A stretch of 63,655 nucleotides of DNA, counting the filler, from Hyphochytrium catenoides (Eukaryota > Protista > Hyphochytriomycota), in the NCBI GenBank assembly GCA_900088475.1. It is 10 parts of 10 records of this genome, joined end to end, with 100 filler letters (N's around TTAATTAATTAA, not from the genome) between each part and the next. Parts side by side here need not be neighbours in the genome. Positions count along the whole stretch, not along the records: positions 62,342 to 63,655 come from FLMG01002680.1; 9 more parts are not named here. The stretch is one strand, 5' to 3'. Under the pieces are notes generated by a model that made no database searches, was not told the DNA's origin, and worked only from the letters and a program-made list of their open reading frames with translations. Position 1 is the stretch's first letter, and the number at the start of each line of letters is the position of its first letter. The translations under genes were made by a program, and so were the position numbers. Positions 62,242 through 63,655 of this stretch are shown piece after piece.

Positions 62242-63234
62242 NNNNNNNNNNNNNNNNNNNNNNNNNNNNNNNNNNNNNNNNNNNNTTAATTAATTAANNN
62301 NNNNNNNNNNNNNNNNNNNNNNNNNNNNNNNNNNNNNNNNNGCACCTTCTTTCTCTCACTCTCTTGAGATCTGCATCAGTTTCTCATATTACACTCTCCC
62401 TTTCTCCGTTTCTCATTAAAGATATGCCCCTTCTTTCTTCCCTTCATTCTCTCGTCATCTTGTCCCATTCTATTGACGCTTGACACCGGCGGACTTGTCG
62501 TGACGAACAAAAAAGAAGACAAACCGAAGAGAGAGAGAGACTGCAACAGTATTTGAGAGAACAGAAGAAGTAAAGGTTCCTGTGTCTCAATGTCGCCCAA
62601 ACAAGGCGCATACATGCTTCACGGGTCAGCTTCCGCTTCTGCTCGCCAGCGCTCTTTTTTCTCCCTGGAGGAGGGATCAAAGTGAGCAACTAGAGGCTTG
62701 AAGAAGGAAGAGAACGGACCAACAAGTAGGAGGAGAGAGCAAAGGAAGAGCGGAGATGGAGTCAAAGAAATAGAAAGAGTGGGGACGACAACGGGAACAT
62801 GGAGAGAGATAGAGGAGGTGGCAGTGTGAATTTTGTAAATAGTAGAGAGGAGAGGTAATCGCGTATATTAAAGCAAATGATAACAAAAACGAAGTTATAT
62901 TGACAGAAAAGAGCTAGCTACCATAACACATGTCCAAACAAACTGAGCGTGGTTAGCTAAGGCGTCCCTTCAGCTGGCTGGATCCCTAGCTCTGACAAAG
63001 CTCAAGGAGAAAGCGATGTGACATGATCATAAGGACTTTTCTCTTACAGCGAAGGCTATAGATTGGTTATATTTAAATCAAGGATAGATCGACAGATCGG
63101 CCGCTGTAGAGTAAGTCCTGTGGAAAATCAAAAGAGGGGAGAAGAAAAATTGTAGCTCTATCGAGGAAAAGATAGAAGGAGACAGAGATAGTGACCCTCA
63201 GCAGCGTTCTTTCGTAAGAGTGACCCTGATAGTC

Positions 63235-63545
63235 TAACCTTGACCCAGGACACAGAAGACCTCCCATTCTCGTCGCGGGTTAAGCTGGAGGCCTTCCTAT
63301 TGAGCTCCTTCTTCTCCTGTTTAGGAGCGCGTGCTCCAAGAGACAAATGGGCGAGCTCGTACTCCAGAAGACTATACTTCAGCGAAATACAAATATATTC
63401 TTCGCCCTTTACTAAGAACAGTCTTCTGACAGAAAGAGAGACTTCCTGCAACATCCTCATGTACTACAGGGAGTACATAGCACAGGAAGTGAGAGGTGCT
63501 TACTCACTTTTCCACCCTCTTCCTCTAATTTTCCTCCAGTCTTCT
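63235..63545 (-). CDS. Possible exons of a hypothetical protein
   Basis: A short GTGAGT...TAG intron at ~63464-63507 joins non-repetitive open frames. No recognisable motif. Confidence 0.3.
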
Positions 63546-63655
63546 CCCACCGCCCCTTCCGCGGCGGTTCTATGTTCCTCCTTCCTGTTGAGGATCAAAC
63601 TTTTCTCTCACGTTCTTTCATCTGACTCTTTGTGGTTGTTCTTTTACTTTGGTCT

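Overview
Eukaryotic draft-genome sequence, probably a microbial eukaryote (protist or early-diverging fungus; the lineage cannot be fixed from this window). It is ten contigs or contig pieces joined by artificial 100-nt linkers (44 N + TTAATTAATTAA + 44 N), so adjacency across linkers is meaningless. Introns and intergenic DNA are saturated with (GA)n/(CT)n microsatellites, which generate most of the spurious 'SLSLSL/ERERER' ORFs in the track. By manual GT-AG exon stitching I can support these host genes: an APC amino-acid permease with one in-frame TGA, an intronless secreted S8/PA subtilisin plus a decayed paralogue, a cytochrome b561, alpha-actinin, ERH, a VTC2/GDPGP1-family phosphorylase, a FAXDC2-like hydroxylase, a CDF/ZnT zinc transporter, an alpha/beta hydrolase and several hypothetical genes. 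Mobile DNA includes a near-complete Ty3/Gypsy element with a GGGAAAC -1 frameshift site and predicted pseudoknot, three decayed DIRS-like relics (one retaining an adenine-methyltransferase-like domain), and a 5-exon DUF6729 (Zisupton/KDZ-type transposase-associated) gene. The best candidates for undescribed biology are (i) the spliced DUF6729 gene, (ii) a recurring intron architecture of 5' (GA)n facing 3' (CT)n, and (iii) a RIP-like CpA->TpA decay signature. All family assignments come from motif recognition by eye, not database searches.
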